64,000 nt of DNA from Defluviitaleaceae bacterium (GTDB lineage: Bacteria > Bacillota > Clostridia > Lachnospirales > WQUN01), in NCBI GenBank assembly GCA_009779755.1, contig WRDO01000007.1:21165-85164 (forward strand), given 5' to 3'. The notes under the pieces were generated by a model. That model had not been told where the DNA came from and did no database searches. It saw nothing but the letters and a program-made list of their open reading frames with translations. Shown here piece by piece: positions 28,054 through 38,354 of the stretch. The position numbers and the translations under genes are program-made. Each line of letters starts with the position of its first letter. Position 1 is the stretch's first letter.

Positions 28054-31000
28054 ATTTCACAACATCGGCAAAAAACTTAAAGACAATAAAAATGGCATGT
28101 ATAATGGACGAATTTTCATTTCGTTCATACGAGCCGGAATGTATATTGCATGAATTAACGCCAATGGGTTACGTTAAGGAAATCAATGATTTTAAACCTG
28201 ATTTGCTTTTTATTGAATCTGCTTGGCTCGGTAAAGAAAACCTTTGGACCCGAAAAATAGCCAACGGTTCACCGGAATTAGAAAACCTGACGAAGCATTG
28301 CCGCAATAAAAAAATACCGATCGTATTTTGGTGCAAGGAAGATCCCGTACACTTCGAAACATTCCTTCCCGTCGCTAGGTTGGCGGATTTCGTATTTACA
28401 ACGGATGAGGATTGTATACCCAAATATATAACCGATTTAAAACATAACCATGTATACCACCTCCATTTTGCGGCCCAACCGCAAATGCATAACCCCATCG
28501 AATACTTTCCAAGAAAAGACAGGTTTTGCTTTGCCGGCGCGTATTATAAAAAATTCCCGGAGCGTTCGGGCGTTCTTGAAAGGCTTGCGCCTGTTTTTAA
28601 CGACACCCTTGGCTTGGATATATATGACCGCAACCATGGCAGTACCCAAACAGACATTTCCTTCCCGGAAAGATACAAAAAAAATATTAAAGGCTTTCTT
28701 CCTTACGATAAAATGGAAAAGGCTTACAAAGGTTACCGTTATGGCGTTAATATAAATACGACAACCCAATCCACGTCCATGTTCGCAAGACGTGTGTTCG
28801 AGCTTATGGCATCCAATACGGTAGTGGTCGGAAACCATTCTAAAGGGCTTAAAAATTATTTCGGTGAGTTGACGATATGCGCGGATTACGCGGAAACGAT
28901 GGCAACCGCACTAAAAAAGTTAATCGAAGACGAAACGTATTACCGCAAGTACAGGCTCTTGGGGTTGCGAAACGTTATGGCTTTTCACTTATATAAAGAC
29001 CGGCTCGATTTCATCGTAAAAACGGTATATGGGAAATCATTAAAACCACCGCTCCCATCTGTCGCCGTCATAATAAAAAACCCAAAAACCAAAGCCATAT
29101 TTGATAAACAAAAATATGAAAATAAATCCCTGCATACCATATCCGACCATACATTAATAAAAAACCTCCCCGCCGAATATATAACCTTTTTTGACGAAAG
29201 GGATTATTACGGCGAAAATTACCTGACCGATTTGATGCTCGCCACACGTTATTCTGATTTAAACGGGATAGGTAAATCCGGCCATTTTAAAAATACCGAT
29301 GGTATAAAACTTATCGGCAATAATTATCGCTATTGCAATGTGACCCTTCTTCCGACGCGAAGATCAATTTTTAAAAGGAATTTCTTGGGAAATATATCAC
29401 AAGAAGATTTTATAATCACACCCACTTTACGCGGCGATTTTTTATCCTTGGATGAATTTAATTATTGTGAAAATTATAATGGGGTATCGTGTGCGGAGGT
29501 TGACGATTTTATGATCGCCGATACTCCATTAAACATAAAAAAAATTAATCCAACCGTAATAAATAATAAATCCAAAGTAGAAAAACCCACCCCTATTAAA
29601 CCCGTTACCGATATACTGTCCATTTCAAATTTACGTGTGGCTACGATATTGGATGAATTCTCATCTGTATCCTTCGGCATGTCATGTAAGACTTTTCCCA
29701 TCACAATAATCGGGTTCCGTGATGAGATAGAAAACGTGAAGCCGCATTTCCTTTTGGTCGAATCCGCATGGCACGGTACGAACGACAGTTGGCTGTATAA
29801 AATCGGGAACTATGCCCGTAATAATTGGGTTGAGTTAAAAGAATTAATTGAATTATGTCGTAAAAAAAGCGTACCGACGGTTTTTTGGAACAAGGAAGAC
29901 CCCGTTCATTACGCAAGGTTTATCGACGCAGCCAAATTATTTGACCGGATATACACATCCGACGCAAACATGATCGATAAATACAGAACCGATGCCGGAC
30001 ATAACAACGTAGGTTCATTGATGTTCGCCGCCCAACCGAATATACATAACCCTGTAATTGAAATGACACGAAATAAGGGGAGTTTTTTTGCCGGTTCATA
30101 TTACGCCAGCCGACACGAGCAACGCCGCACCGACATGGATATGTTGTTTGACGCCGCCGCGAAGTTTCCCTTCACCATATATGACCGGAATGCCGGAACG
30201 GATAGCGAGCACTACCTTTTTCCGGAACGGTTCAGGAAATTCATCAAGGGAAAATTACCCTATTCGGAAATTAACAAGGCGTATAAAGGTTATCAAATCG
30301 CGTTAAATGTAAATAGTGTAACCGATTCGGATACGATGTTTTCGCGCCGTGTTTTTGAATGTTTGGCTTGCGGGACCCCGGTTATAAGCACACCTTCCGT
30401 AGGTGTAAAAAAGCATTTTAATAATATCGTAGCTACGGCAACTAACGTCGAAAACTACATTGAAATATTAAAGCAACTTGTTAATGATCCCAAGTGTTGG
30501 GCACATATTTCACATTTGGGTGCGCGTGAAGTAATGCAAAACCACACGTATTCACATAGATTACAGCAAATATGCGGAGACTTAAACATAGAACTGACGG
30601 ATAACACCCAACCCCGGGTAACGGTGATATCAACCGCCAAAGATCGGGGTTCCGTATTCCGCGTTTTGGATATGTTCCGCAAACAAGTTTATAAAAATAA
30701 ATTCTTATGGTTGTATCTATACCGCTTCGACAGTTGGTTGGATGCGATAAACACGTTGCAATCCAATGATGTTTCCGTTTTCTTTGTGGACCATACGAAC
30801 AATATCCCATTCAACTTACCCGATGATTGTTTAATCGCTTATATGGAACCGGAAACCGCTTGGTATGGCGTTCATTATTTATCCGACATGGTTATGGCGC
30901 ATAAATATTCAAAAGCGGACATAGTTTCCAAACCCGTAGATTCGAAAGGTATATTGCCTTGCTCCTCACTTACAAAGCGCTCATCGTTAAATGCAATGAA

Positions 31001-31097
31001 CCTTCATGATTTACTTAATATAAAAATAGAAGGTAAGGTTTTTTACACGGATGGGTTCAATTTTTCACGTAATCATAATAATTGCGTTGACGTATGA
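28050..31097 (+). CDS. tandem-duplicated CgeB/YkvP-like glycosyltransferase
   Basis: 1015-aa ORF; ATGA overlap. Two collinear approximately 500-aa units (ACIMDEFSFRSY..LFIESAW..SMFARRVFELMASNT and ATILDEFSSVSF..LLVESAW..TMFSRRVFECLACGT), each with a similar tail. Confidence 0.6.
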   Translation: MNFTTSAKNLKTIKMACIMDEFSFRSYEPECILHELTPMGYVKEINDFKPDLLFIESAWLGKENLWTRKIANGSPELENLTKHCRNKKIPIVFWCKEDPVHFETFLPVARLADFVFTTDEDCIPKYITDLKHNHVYHLHFAAQPQMHNPIEYFPRKDRFCFAGAYYKKFPERSGVLERLAPVFNDTLGLDIYDRNHGSTQTDISFPERYKKNIKGFLPYDKMEKAYKGYRYGVNINTTTQSTSMFARRVFELMASNTVVVGNHSKGLKNYFGELTICADYAETMATALKKLIEDETYYRKYRLLGLRNVMAFHLYKDRLDFIVKTVYGKSLKPPLPSVAVIIKNPKTKAIFDKQKYENKSLHTISDHTLIKNLPAEYITFFDERDYYGENYLTDLMLATRYSDLNGIGKSGHFKNTDGIKLIGNNYRYCNVTLLPTRRSIFKRNFLGNISQEDFIITPTLRGDFLSLDEFNYCENYNGVSCAEVDDFMIADTPLNIKKINPTVINNKSKVEKPTPIKPVTDILSISNLRVATILDEFSSVSFGMSCKTFPITIIGFRDEIENVKPHFLLVESAWHGTNDSWLYKIGNYARNNWVELKELIELCRKKSVPTVFWNKEDPVHYARFIDAAKLFDRIYTSDANMIDKYRTDAGHNNVGSLMFAAQPNIHNPVIEMTRNKGSFFAGSYYASRHEQRRTDMDMLFDAAAKFPFTIYDRNAGTDSEHYLFPERFRKFIKGKLPYSEINKAYKGYQIALNVNSVTDSDTMFSRRVFECLACGTPVISTPSVGVKKHFNNIVATATNVENYIEILKQLVNDPKCWAHISHLGAREVMQNHTYSHRLQQICGDLNIELTDNTQPRVTVISTAKDRGSVFRVLDMFRKQVYKNKFLWLYLYRFDSWLDAINTLQSNDVSVFFVDHTNNIPFNLPDDCLIAYMEPETAWYGVHYLSDMVMAHKYSKADIVSKPVDSKGILPCSSLTKRSSLNAMNLHDLLNIKIEGKVFYTDGFNFSRNHNNCVDV

Positions 31098-33214
31098 CAG
31101 AGGGGAATAAATTGAAGATATTAATATACGCGGATGTCGATTTAAACCTTACGGATGGTTCAGCCATATGGCTCTCTTCCTTATGCGAAGTATTAAGTAT
31201 GGATCCGTTGTTCCAAGTCCACGTATTATTAAAAAGCGCCGTAAAGAAAAACCCTACGTCAAATAATGTTTGGGTAAATCCTTTTACCCACTATAAGTCC
31301 TTCCCGTTTAAAGACCAACGAAGGCTGGCGCAAGAGGAAGCACTGACCCTGTTACAAAAATATGACACCGAAATAAATGCGGATTTTATTGTCATGCGGC
31401 AAATGCGCTTCGATCTCTTGGATAAACTGCCGGACTCTTTTATATCACGATGTTTCTTATATATATTGGGTGAAGAGAATTATCAAGGAAACAACCGCGA
31501 AATCGCTTTAAAGCTGATCAAAAAAACCGCCGGTTTCTTTGCCCAAACGGAGCAGATGCGGCAACGTTATATTCATTTTTTGGGGGATGAAAATAAATCA
31601 CGTTTTTATTTGATGACACCTATGATACCTGACAAGGCTTTTCCAAACGATGTATTCGTACGAAACAAGGAAAGCAGACTTGTATATACCGGAAAGTTTT
31701 CCGCTATGTGGTACATCCGGGAAATCTTGGATGCCGTAAACAAACACGAAAATGAAAATATAAAGTTGGATATAGCGGGGGATAAGTTCCACAATGACGT
31801 TGACAAGGAAGCATTAATAAAACAATTCAACGAAATGCCGAACGTAAAATGGCATGGTCGTTTGGATCGTATCGAAAGCATGGCATTAATAAACGAATGC
31901 GATGTAGGGATAGGTTGGCGAAACCCCACAATGGATGACTCATTAGAAATATCTACGAAATTTTTAGAATGCTCCATGATGGGAAAACCTGTGTTGCTAA
32001 ACTCCACACCCTTATATAGGGAATTGTTGGGAAGTGACTATCCCCTCTTTGTAGATACACCCCAATCTTTTTATAACAAAGCACGGATGGTGTGTACGGA
32101 TACCTCTGTATACTTGGATGCGGCTCGCCGCTGTTATAATTCCGCCACTTTTTTCGGATACCGCAATGCATTAACCCGGTTAAGGGAAACCTTTTTATCC
32201 GTTTATTGGGATAAGCCTGTTTATATAACAACGGTAAAGAAAAAATTACGGATCGTCTTCGCGGGCCATGATTTACGTTTTGTACAATTCTTCATCGATT
32301 ATTTGATTCAATCGGACAAATATGATATAAAGATAGATAAATTTAAAAATCATACGGCACACGATGAAAATTATAGCCGCTCTTTAATTGATTGGGCGGA
32401 TGTTATTTTTTGCGAATGGGGGTTGGGGAATGCCGTATGGTATTCGAATAATAAAAAAAGCAACCAAAAATTGATTGTCCGTATGCATTTGCAAGAAGCC
32501 GATACGATACACCCGACAAAATTCAATTTATTTGAAATTGACAAATTTGTTTTTATAGCGCCGGCGATTTATGAAAAAATGTACGCAAAATTCAATTTTC
32601 CAAGGGATAAAATGACGCTTATATGGAATCCCATAGATTGCAAAGCGCTGGATGTACCGAAACAAAACGGGGTAGACTATAATATAGGCATGATGGGTAT
32701 ATGCCCACAACGTAAAAGGGTGGATTTGGCGTTGGACATCCTTGAACAATTACTGTCATATGATAACCGTTACCGTTTATATATAAAAGGCAACCGACCG
32801 GAAGAGTATAAATGGCTTTGGAACCAAGCTACAGAACGAACGTATTATAATAAATTTTATAATCGTATAAAAAATCTTAATAAAAAAGTTATATTTTCAC
32901 CATATGATTCTAATATATCCGAATGGTTTTCAAACATCGGATTCCTTCTTTCCGTCAGTGATTTTGAAGGCTCGCACCAAGTGGTTGCCGAAGCGATGGC
33001 AGCAGGGACGATTCCGGTAATACGTAATTGGGAAGGTGCGGGGAGTATATATCCGGTGGAGCATGTGTTCAATACGATAGATGAAATGGTATCGTTTATA
33101 GCTAAGGGGAAGCATATAAACGAAATAACAATAAAAAAATATGCCGTGGATAACTTTGATTTAAGCGTCGTTATCCGAAAATTGGAAAAAGTAATTCAAC
33201 AGCATTATACTTAA
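31094..33214 (+). CDS. two-lobed GT-B (GT1/GT4-like) glycosyltransferase
   Basis: 706-aa ORF; ATGA overlap; C-terminal SVSDFEGSHQVVAEAMAAGTIPV (E-x7-E-like GT4 motif); N-terminal half also GT-B-like (KILIYADVDLNLTDGSAIW). Confidence 0.6.
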   Translation: MTEGNKLKILIYADVDLNLTDGSAIWLSSLCEVLSMDPLFQVHVLLKSAVKKNPTSNNVWVNPFTHYKSFPFKDQRRLAQEEALTLLQKYDTEINADFIVMRQMRFDLLDKLPDSFISRCFLYILGEENYQGNNREIALKLIKKTAGFFAQTEQMRQRYIHFLGDENKSRFYLMTPMIPDKAFPNDVFVRNKESRLVYTGKFSAMWYIREILDAVNKHENENIKLDIAGDKFHNDVDKEALIKQFNEMPNVKWHGRLDRIESMALINECDVGIGWRNPTMDDSLEISTKFLECSMMGKPVLLNSTPLYRELLGSDYPLFVDTPQSFYNKARMVCTDTSVYLDAARRCYNSATFFGYRNALTRLRETFLSVYWDKPVYITTVKKKLRIVFAGHDLRFVQFFIDYLIQSDKYDIKIDKFKNHTAHDENYSRSLIDWADVIFCEWGLGNAVWYSNNKKSNQKLIVRMHLQEADTIHPTKFNLFEIDKFVFIAPAIYEKMYAKFNFPRDKMTLIWNPIDCKALDVPKQNGVDYNIGMMGICPQRKRVDLALDILEQLLSYDNRYRLYIKGNRPEEYKWLWNQATERTYYNKFYNRIKNLNKKVIFSPYDSNISEWFSNIGFLLSVSDFEGSHQVVAEAMAAGTIPVIRNWEGAGSIYPVEHVFNTIDEMVSFIAKGKHINEITIKKYAVDNFDLSVVIRKLEKVIQQHYT

Positions 33215-33249
33215 CTTAATGAGTTAAATAACTGTCCGGGTGGTAAAAA

Positions 33250-35796
33250 ATGAATAAAGTTATAATCGTATCAAAAAACCCCGATGTTTCTAAATATAAC
33301 ACGATACAAGAAGCTATTACGGCAATTCCGGTTGAAAAACAAAAAAAATATGTTATCTTCATAAAACCCGGAATTTATAATGAAAAATTACATATAAACA
33401 AATCCAATATTATTCTATATGGTGAAGACCCGGCCAATACGATTATAAAATATGATTGTTCCCGCTCTATTTTAAAATCAAACACAAGTAATACAGCTAC
33501 TTGTTTAATAGAAGCGGATGATATACAAATTGTCAATATTACTTTTGAAAATACAGCCGGTCAATATCGTGATGTAGGACAAGCTGTAGCCGTGGCTACC
33601 CAAGGAGACAGAATTTCATTTTATAACTGTCGTTTTTTAGCGTATACCAACACATTATTCGCAGGTCTTGGCAATTTTAAACCGGAAGATGACGGTCCAT
33701 TAAACGCCGGCAGGCAGTATTATTATAAATGTTTTATTACCGGTGACTTTAATATTATATTAGGTACGGCAATTTGTTTTTTTGAAGAATGTAAAATCGA
33801 ATGCCGGGAAGACTCGACTTACTTTGCATGTGTTATAGCAATTAATGCTGCTTCACGGTATAACAAAAATGGATATGTTTTTTATAAATGCTATATAAAC
33901 GGACATGCTAAAATAAAAACTTGGCTTGGGCAGCCGTTTTCCAATCATTCATCAATTGCATATATAAAATGTAATATGGAAAACATAGCTTCCGAAGGTT
34001 GGACACAAAGGTTTCTGCCTGAATTATGTTTTAAAAACACTGCCCGCTTTATAGAATTCGGCACCCGTGGCGTTGATATGTCACAACGAACAGAATGGTC
34101 AAAAACATTGCCCGAAGATGGTAATTTGTTCCTTTATACAAAGGCTAATGTATTATTAGGTTGGTCGCCGAATTATTCAAGGTTACCTTTACGTACCAAC
34201 CTTAAAATATATGCCCGGCAATCCTTGAATGCCTTGCAAGGATTTTTTCGCAAGACAACACCGGATGGAATGTTATCAGAGATTTCCAATTCTAAAACAG
34301 TTATATATTCGCTTCCGCATCCCGCATTTATACGTAAAGCCTTGGTTCATAAATTTGCTTACCACCCCGAAAGTGAAATAATCATCTTAACAGATAACAG
34401 TTTTTCTTTATTTCCTGACGGCGGTAAATTGCCGAATGGCGTTAAGGAAGTTATAAAAATAGATTATTACATTGCAAGTAAATTAGATGATGAAGTTGAA
34501 GCTGAAAATGTTATTGTTAAATATATTGAACATCTATTTATAGAAAATAATATTGATATATCATGTGTCAATGAAATTTATTGCATGAATGATATGGTGG
34601 ACCCTGTAGTTGTATATTTGGAAAATAAAAAAATATATTATAATTGCATTGAATTTTCAGCAAATCAATTTTTTATTTTTGATACATATACATGGAGTGA
34701 ATTAACCAAGCGAACACAAGTTCATTATAATATCCAAAAAAAATATAAAATATTTTCATCAACCGGTAATTATTGCAAAAAAAGATTATTATGTGAAGAT
34801 ACTACGAAAAAAATTGAAACAGAAATCGAAGAAGTCGTATTTGATTTTTGCGAAGCTCTAAACATCATTAATCAACGTGATAAAAATGTATTGTTAGATT
34901 TTTATGGTGAAATAAAATTACCAAATGATTACAAATATATAACACTGGTAGCACTTCCAAATTTCACTACAATCTCGAAGTTCCAAAACTTATCTGTTAA
35001 AGACATAATCTTAAGCCATCAGCGATTAATTGATTTTTATATAGGAGATGTTAATAATATTGCCTTGAAACCACATCCTTGTATTATTACGGAATACAAT
35101 GATTTACCATCCTATTTTAATAACGCTCCCGTTATAGACGCAAATATACCTACAGAGCTTTTTCCTATTTATAACATAAAAGTAAAACTTGCGATTGCAG
35201 TAAAAACAACCGCTTTAGATATTTTGAAGCGACAGGATACCGATACACAAGTGGATGTAATCGGAATCCGTTATTTTAAAATGTTTCAATTATTAAATCA
35301 GTTATATTTTGCTTTCAGCCTTATAAAGTTCATTCCTAGCAATAACAAAAATGTTTTTGTATATAATATAGATATCGGTCAAGTAAGTAAATTTGCAAGT
35401 TACGCCTTTAATGATTTAAACCTTACCATAAAAAATACAGATATTTTACTTAAATCTTGTGATTCGATTGCTTTAATAAACGGCATTGAAGAACTCCCAC
35501 CGAATAATATAAACGATTTTTTTAATAATATAAAAGACTTACCGGTCGTGTTTGTTTTGGCACAAAAAAGAATAACGTTTAACTTAAACGATTATTTAGA
35601 AATAAAAATTAATAAAGAAATAATAAATATAAATACGTTGGAACCAATGGGTGATGAATTTGTATATATTATATGTAATAACGAGGAAACGTTGAATGCG
35701 TTGGAAAATCAAAAAATAATAAAAAGTTTAAAATATACAGGTGTAAATTTAAATTCAGAAATAGCAAGATTTAAAAAAGAAGGAATTGATTTATAG
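33250..35796 (+). CDS. pectinesterase-fold (CE8-like, catalytic residues substituted) domain fused to about 540-aa unknown domain
   Basis: 848-aa ORF; first about 310 aa collinear with pectin methylesterase motifs (GIYNE, QAVAV, RQYYYKCFITG, FIEFGTRG..RTEWS); no signal peptide; C-terminal part has an ALKPHP motif. Confidence 0.6.
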   Translation: MNKVIIVSKNPDVSKYNTIQEAITAIPVEKQKKYVIFIKPGIYNEKLHINKSNIILYGEDPANTIIKYDCSRSILKSNTSNTATCLIEADDIQIVNITFENTAGQYRDVGQAVAVATQGDRISFYNCRFLAYTNTLFAGLGNFKPEDDGPLNAGRQYYYKCFITGDFNIILGTAICFFEECKIECREDSTYFACVIAINAASRYNKNGYVFYKCYINGHAKIKTWLGQPFSNHSSIAYIKCNMENIASEGWTQRFLPELCFKNTARFIEFGTRGVDMSQRTEWSKTLPEDGNLFLYTKANVLLGWSPNYSRLPLRTNLKIYARQSLNALQGFFRKTTPDGMLSEISNSKTVIYSLPHPAFIRKALVHKFAYHPESEIIILTDNSFSLFPDGGKLPNGVKEVIKIDYYIASKLDDEVEAENVIVKYIEHLFIENNIDISCVNEIYCMNDMVDPVVVYLENKKIYYNCIEFSANQFFIFDTYTWSELTKRTQVHYNIQKKYKIFSSTGNYCKKRLLCEDTTKKIETEIEEVVFDFCEALNIINQRDKNVLLDFYGEIKLPNDYKYITLVALPNFTTISKFQNLSVKDIILSHQRLIDFYIGDVNNIALKPHPCIITEYNDLPSYFNNAPVIDANIPTELFPIYNIKVKLAIAVKTTALDILKRQDTDTQVDVIGIRYFKMFQLLNQLYFAFSLIKFIPSNNKNVFVYNIDIGQVSKFASYAFNDLNLTIKNTDILLKSCDSIALINGIEELPPNNINDFFNNIKDLPVVFVLAQKRITFNLNDYLEIKINKEIININTLEPMGDEFVYIICNNEETLNALENQKIIKSLKYTGVNLNSEIARFKKEGIDL

Positions 35797-38354
35797 TGAA
35801 CCTATTATCCGCCGATTATGATATCCGCGATGTAAACAACCCAATTAGAGAATTCTATCGCTTTTCTGGCATGGATTTCCAACCCGCACATTTAGACGGA
35901 AAATTGTATTCTATGTGTGTTCATCCTATTGATTTGAATAGTTTTCCGGTTGTGTTTTTAGAACATATATATGATAAAACGCAAAGCAAATCAACACCGG
36001 AATTGGTGTCGGTAGGCCGTTCCGCCGGGTACATTGCCGTAAGCAATAATTTAGGGAAATCATGGGATGAATACCCCGTTCCATGGAAAAATAGTTCCTA
36101 CCCGTTGCATTGCTTCACTACTACGGATGGTTTTCATATCATTGCGATGAAAACAACGGAGTCAAATGAAGATGATTTAACCGAACTCATAATATTAAAT
36201 CCCGATTTCTCAGAGTCACATCGTATCGTATCAAAGGAAAAGAAATATCCTTGGCACGGTTCTTGGTCAATCGACCAAAATGTTTTAGGTACTATCATGT
36301 ATGCGGAATACGCATCACTTGGAAAATATAAAAACGTATGTGTAATGCGCAGTAGAGACAATGGATTTACATGGGAAAAGGTTTTTATTCTACCAAGCAA
36401 CCAAGAAAACGCCGATTTCACCATTCGTCATTTCCATACATGCCAATCAGATCCTTATATAACGGGACATTGGTATGTATCAACAGGTGACGATAATTGC
36501 ACACTCTTTAAAAGCGAGGACGACGGAGATACTTGGGCGCGTATATTTCCTGAAAAAATAATGTTTTCAGGTGAAGTGGATATTAATACAAAAGAAGCAA
36601 TAACGAATCAATTATTCCGTATGACGGCATCAATCATCACCCGAGACAGCATTTGGTTCATCCATGATACATCTGCGGAGCCTTCAACACCCGGATATAA
36701 ATCCTTTCCTTGTTTGGTGCGGATGATAAAAACACCGCCGTATGAAACAAATATTATTTGCAAAGTTGGATGCTTAGCGGTACGCAGTTTAACAATCTTA
36801 AATGATGATTTATACATCGCCAGTACGGAGGATAAACTGGATGAAGGTAAAATAGATTTTTTCATCGGTAGTACACAAACGGGAAACATTGTATACTTAG
36901 GTGGTATTCCAATCGCAAAGAAAGCCCGAAGCATAGGCAACGGAGCAAGATGCAGCAAAGAGGCATACAAAAATAAATTATTTATGCACATGGGTGCAGG
37001 GATGAGAAAAGGTCACACAGCAACATTATGCGTAACAGTGTCTCAAATTAACATAAAACAATCGGAACCAAATAACTCATTAGGCGGATCCACATACACA
37101 AATCGAACATGGAAGCATTACGACCCCTATGTAGCAAAATTTACTAACAACCCTAAGATTATATTAGATATGGGGTGTGGACGAGGTTTATTTGTTGAGG
37201 CATGTTTGGAACATGGAATACAAGCCGATGGCTTTGATATAAATGTTGCCTATATAAACGAGGCTAATGCCAGATTATCCGGCAGGGCGAATTTATTTAC
37301 ACATGATATTGAATATCCGTTAACAAATACCCCATCTGAAAAATATGATGCCGTATTCCATAATCAAGTAATAGAATATTTAACAAAATCAGCGCAACAT
37401 AACTGTATTCGCGAAGCATACCGTGTACTTAAACCGGGCGGTGAATTTTATATAGGTACATGCAGCAAATACGACCCAACGCAACAAAAAGATGTGGTTC
37501 CCGACCATATTAATATCCTTAATATGTCGGAATTGTGCGTTATGTTGGAAGCAATAGGATTTGTAACCACCAATTTAGCGCGAAACTATCCGCTTGCAAA
37601 CCTCACCGACGAGCAAAAGGAAATATGGGAAAGAGAACAACCCGAATGGCTTTCGTATTCTTGTAACGTATTAGCCGTCAAACCGGAATATAAAGGTGCA
37701 TACTGCCCATTGTGCGGATGGAGCGGAAAAGAATTTCGTCCGTACAACAAAAGAAATAACGCGGAATGTCCCAATTGCCGCGCATTGGAACGACATAGAC
37801 ATTTATGGCTATACTATAAAGATATAATGCCGCCGGAACGAGCATGTACTTTTTTGATGTTTGCGCCGGAAAATTGTATTTACGAACGGTTAAAATTATT
37901 TCCAAACTTGGAAATATACACGGCGGACTTAATACCCGGTCGTGGAGAACATGTATTTGATATACAGGCCATACCATTTCCTGACAACACGTTTGATTTT
38001 GTTGAATGTTTTTTCGTCCTTTGTTTTGTTGAAAACGATATTCTTGGGTTGCAAGAAATATATCGTGTGATGAAACCGGGTGGTAAAGCCTTTATATATT
38101 TGCCTATGGGTAAAACGCAAACGGCACAAGAATTAGATACTGATGAACAAGCGGCACGCGCAACCGTTCAAAATCCTCATATGCGTCGATTATACGGTGC
38201 CGATGTTATGGATTGGCTGGCGTTACCCGGTTTTCATGTCCAAAACATAGATGAAATAGTGCGCGTTAATAAAGATACGTTGATAAGCCATGGAATAAAT
38301 ACATCCGTCAATATATATATTTTGGAAAAGGGAAGGAATACTATTAATTTATGA
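35796..38354 (+). CDS. BNR/sialidase-like propeller + class I methyltransferase + zinc-ribbon methyltransferase fusion
   Basis: GTG start sharing 1 nt with the upstream TAG. Asp-boxes SNNLGKSW (36042), SRDNGFTW (36351), SEDDGDTW (36513). ILDMGCGRGL..VLKPGGEF. CPLCGW..CPNCRALERHRH (from 37704) plus a second MTase (YRVMKPGGKAF). Confidence 0.65.
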   Translation: MNLLSADYDIRDVNNPIREFYRFSGMDFQPAHLDGKLYSMCVHPIDLNSFPVVFLEHIYDKTQSKSTPELVSVGRSAGYIAVSNNLGKSWDEYPVPWKNSSYPLHCFTTTDGFHIIAMKTTESNEDDLTELIILNPDFSESHRIVSKEKKYPWHGSWSIDQNVLGTIMYAEYASLGKYKNVCVMRSRDNGFTWEKVFILPSNQENADFTIRHFHTCQSDPYITGHWYVSTGDDNCTLFKSEDDGDTWARIFPEKIMFSGEVDINTKEAITNQLFRMTASIITRDSIWFIHDTSAEPSTPGYKSFPCLVRMIKTPPYETNIICKVGCLAVRSLTILNDDLYIASTEDKLDEGKIDFFIGSTQTGNIVYLGGIPIAKKARSIGNGARCSKEAYKNKLFMHMGAGMRKGHTATLCVTVSQINIKQSEPNNSLGGSTYTNRTWKHYDPYVAKFTNNPKIILDMGCGRGLFVEACLEHGIQADGFDINVAYINEANARLSGRANLFTHDIEYPLTNTPSEKYDAVFHNQVIEYLTKSAQHNCIREAYRVLKPGGEFYIGTCSKYDPTQQKDVVPDHINILNMSELCVMLEAIGFVTTNLARNYPLANLTDEQKEIWEREQPEWLSYSCNVLAVKPEYKGAYCPLCGWSGKEFRPYNKRNNAECPNCRALERHRHLWLYYKDIMPPERACTFLMFAPENCIYERLKLFPNLEIYTADLIPGRGEHVFDIQAIPFPDNTFDFVECFFVLCFVENDILGLQEIYRVMKPGGKAFIYLPMGKTQTAQELDTDEQAARATVQNPHMRRLYGADVMDWLALPGFHVQNIDEIVRVNKDTLISHGINTSVNIYILEKGRNTINL

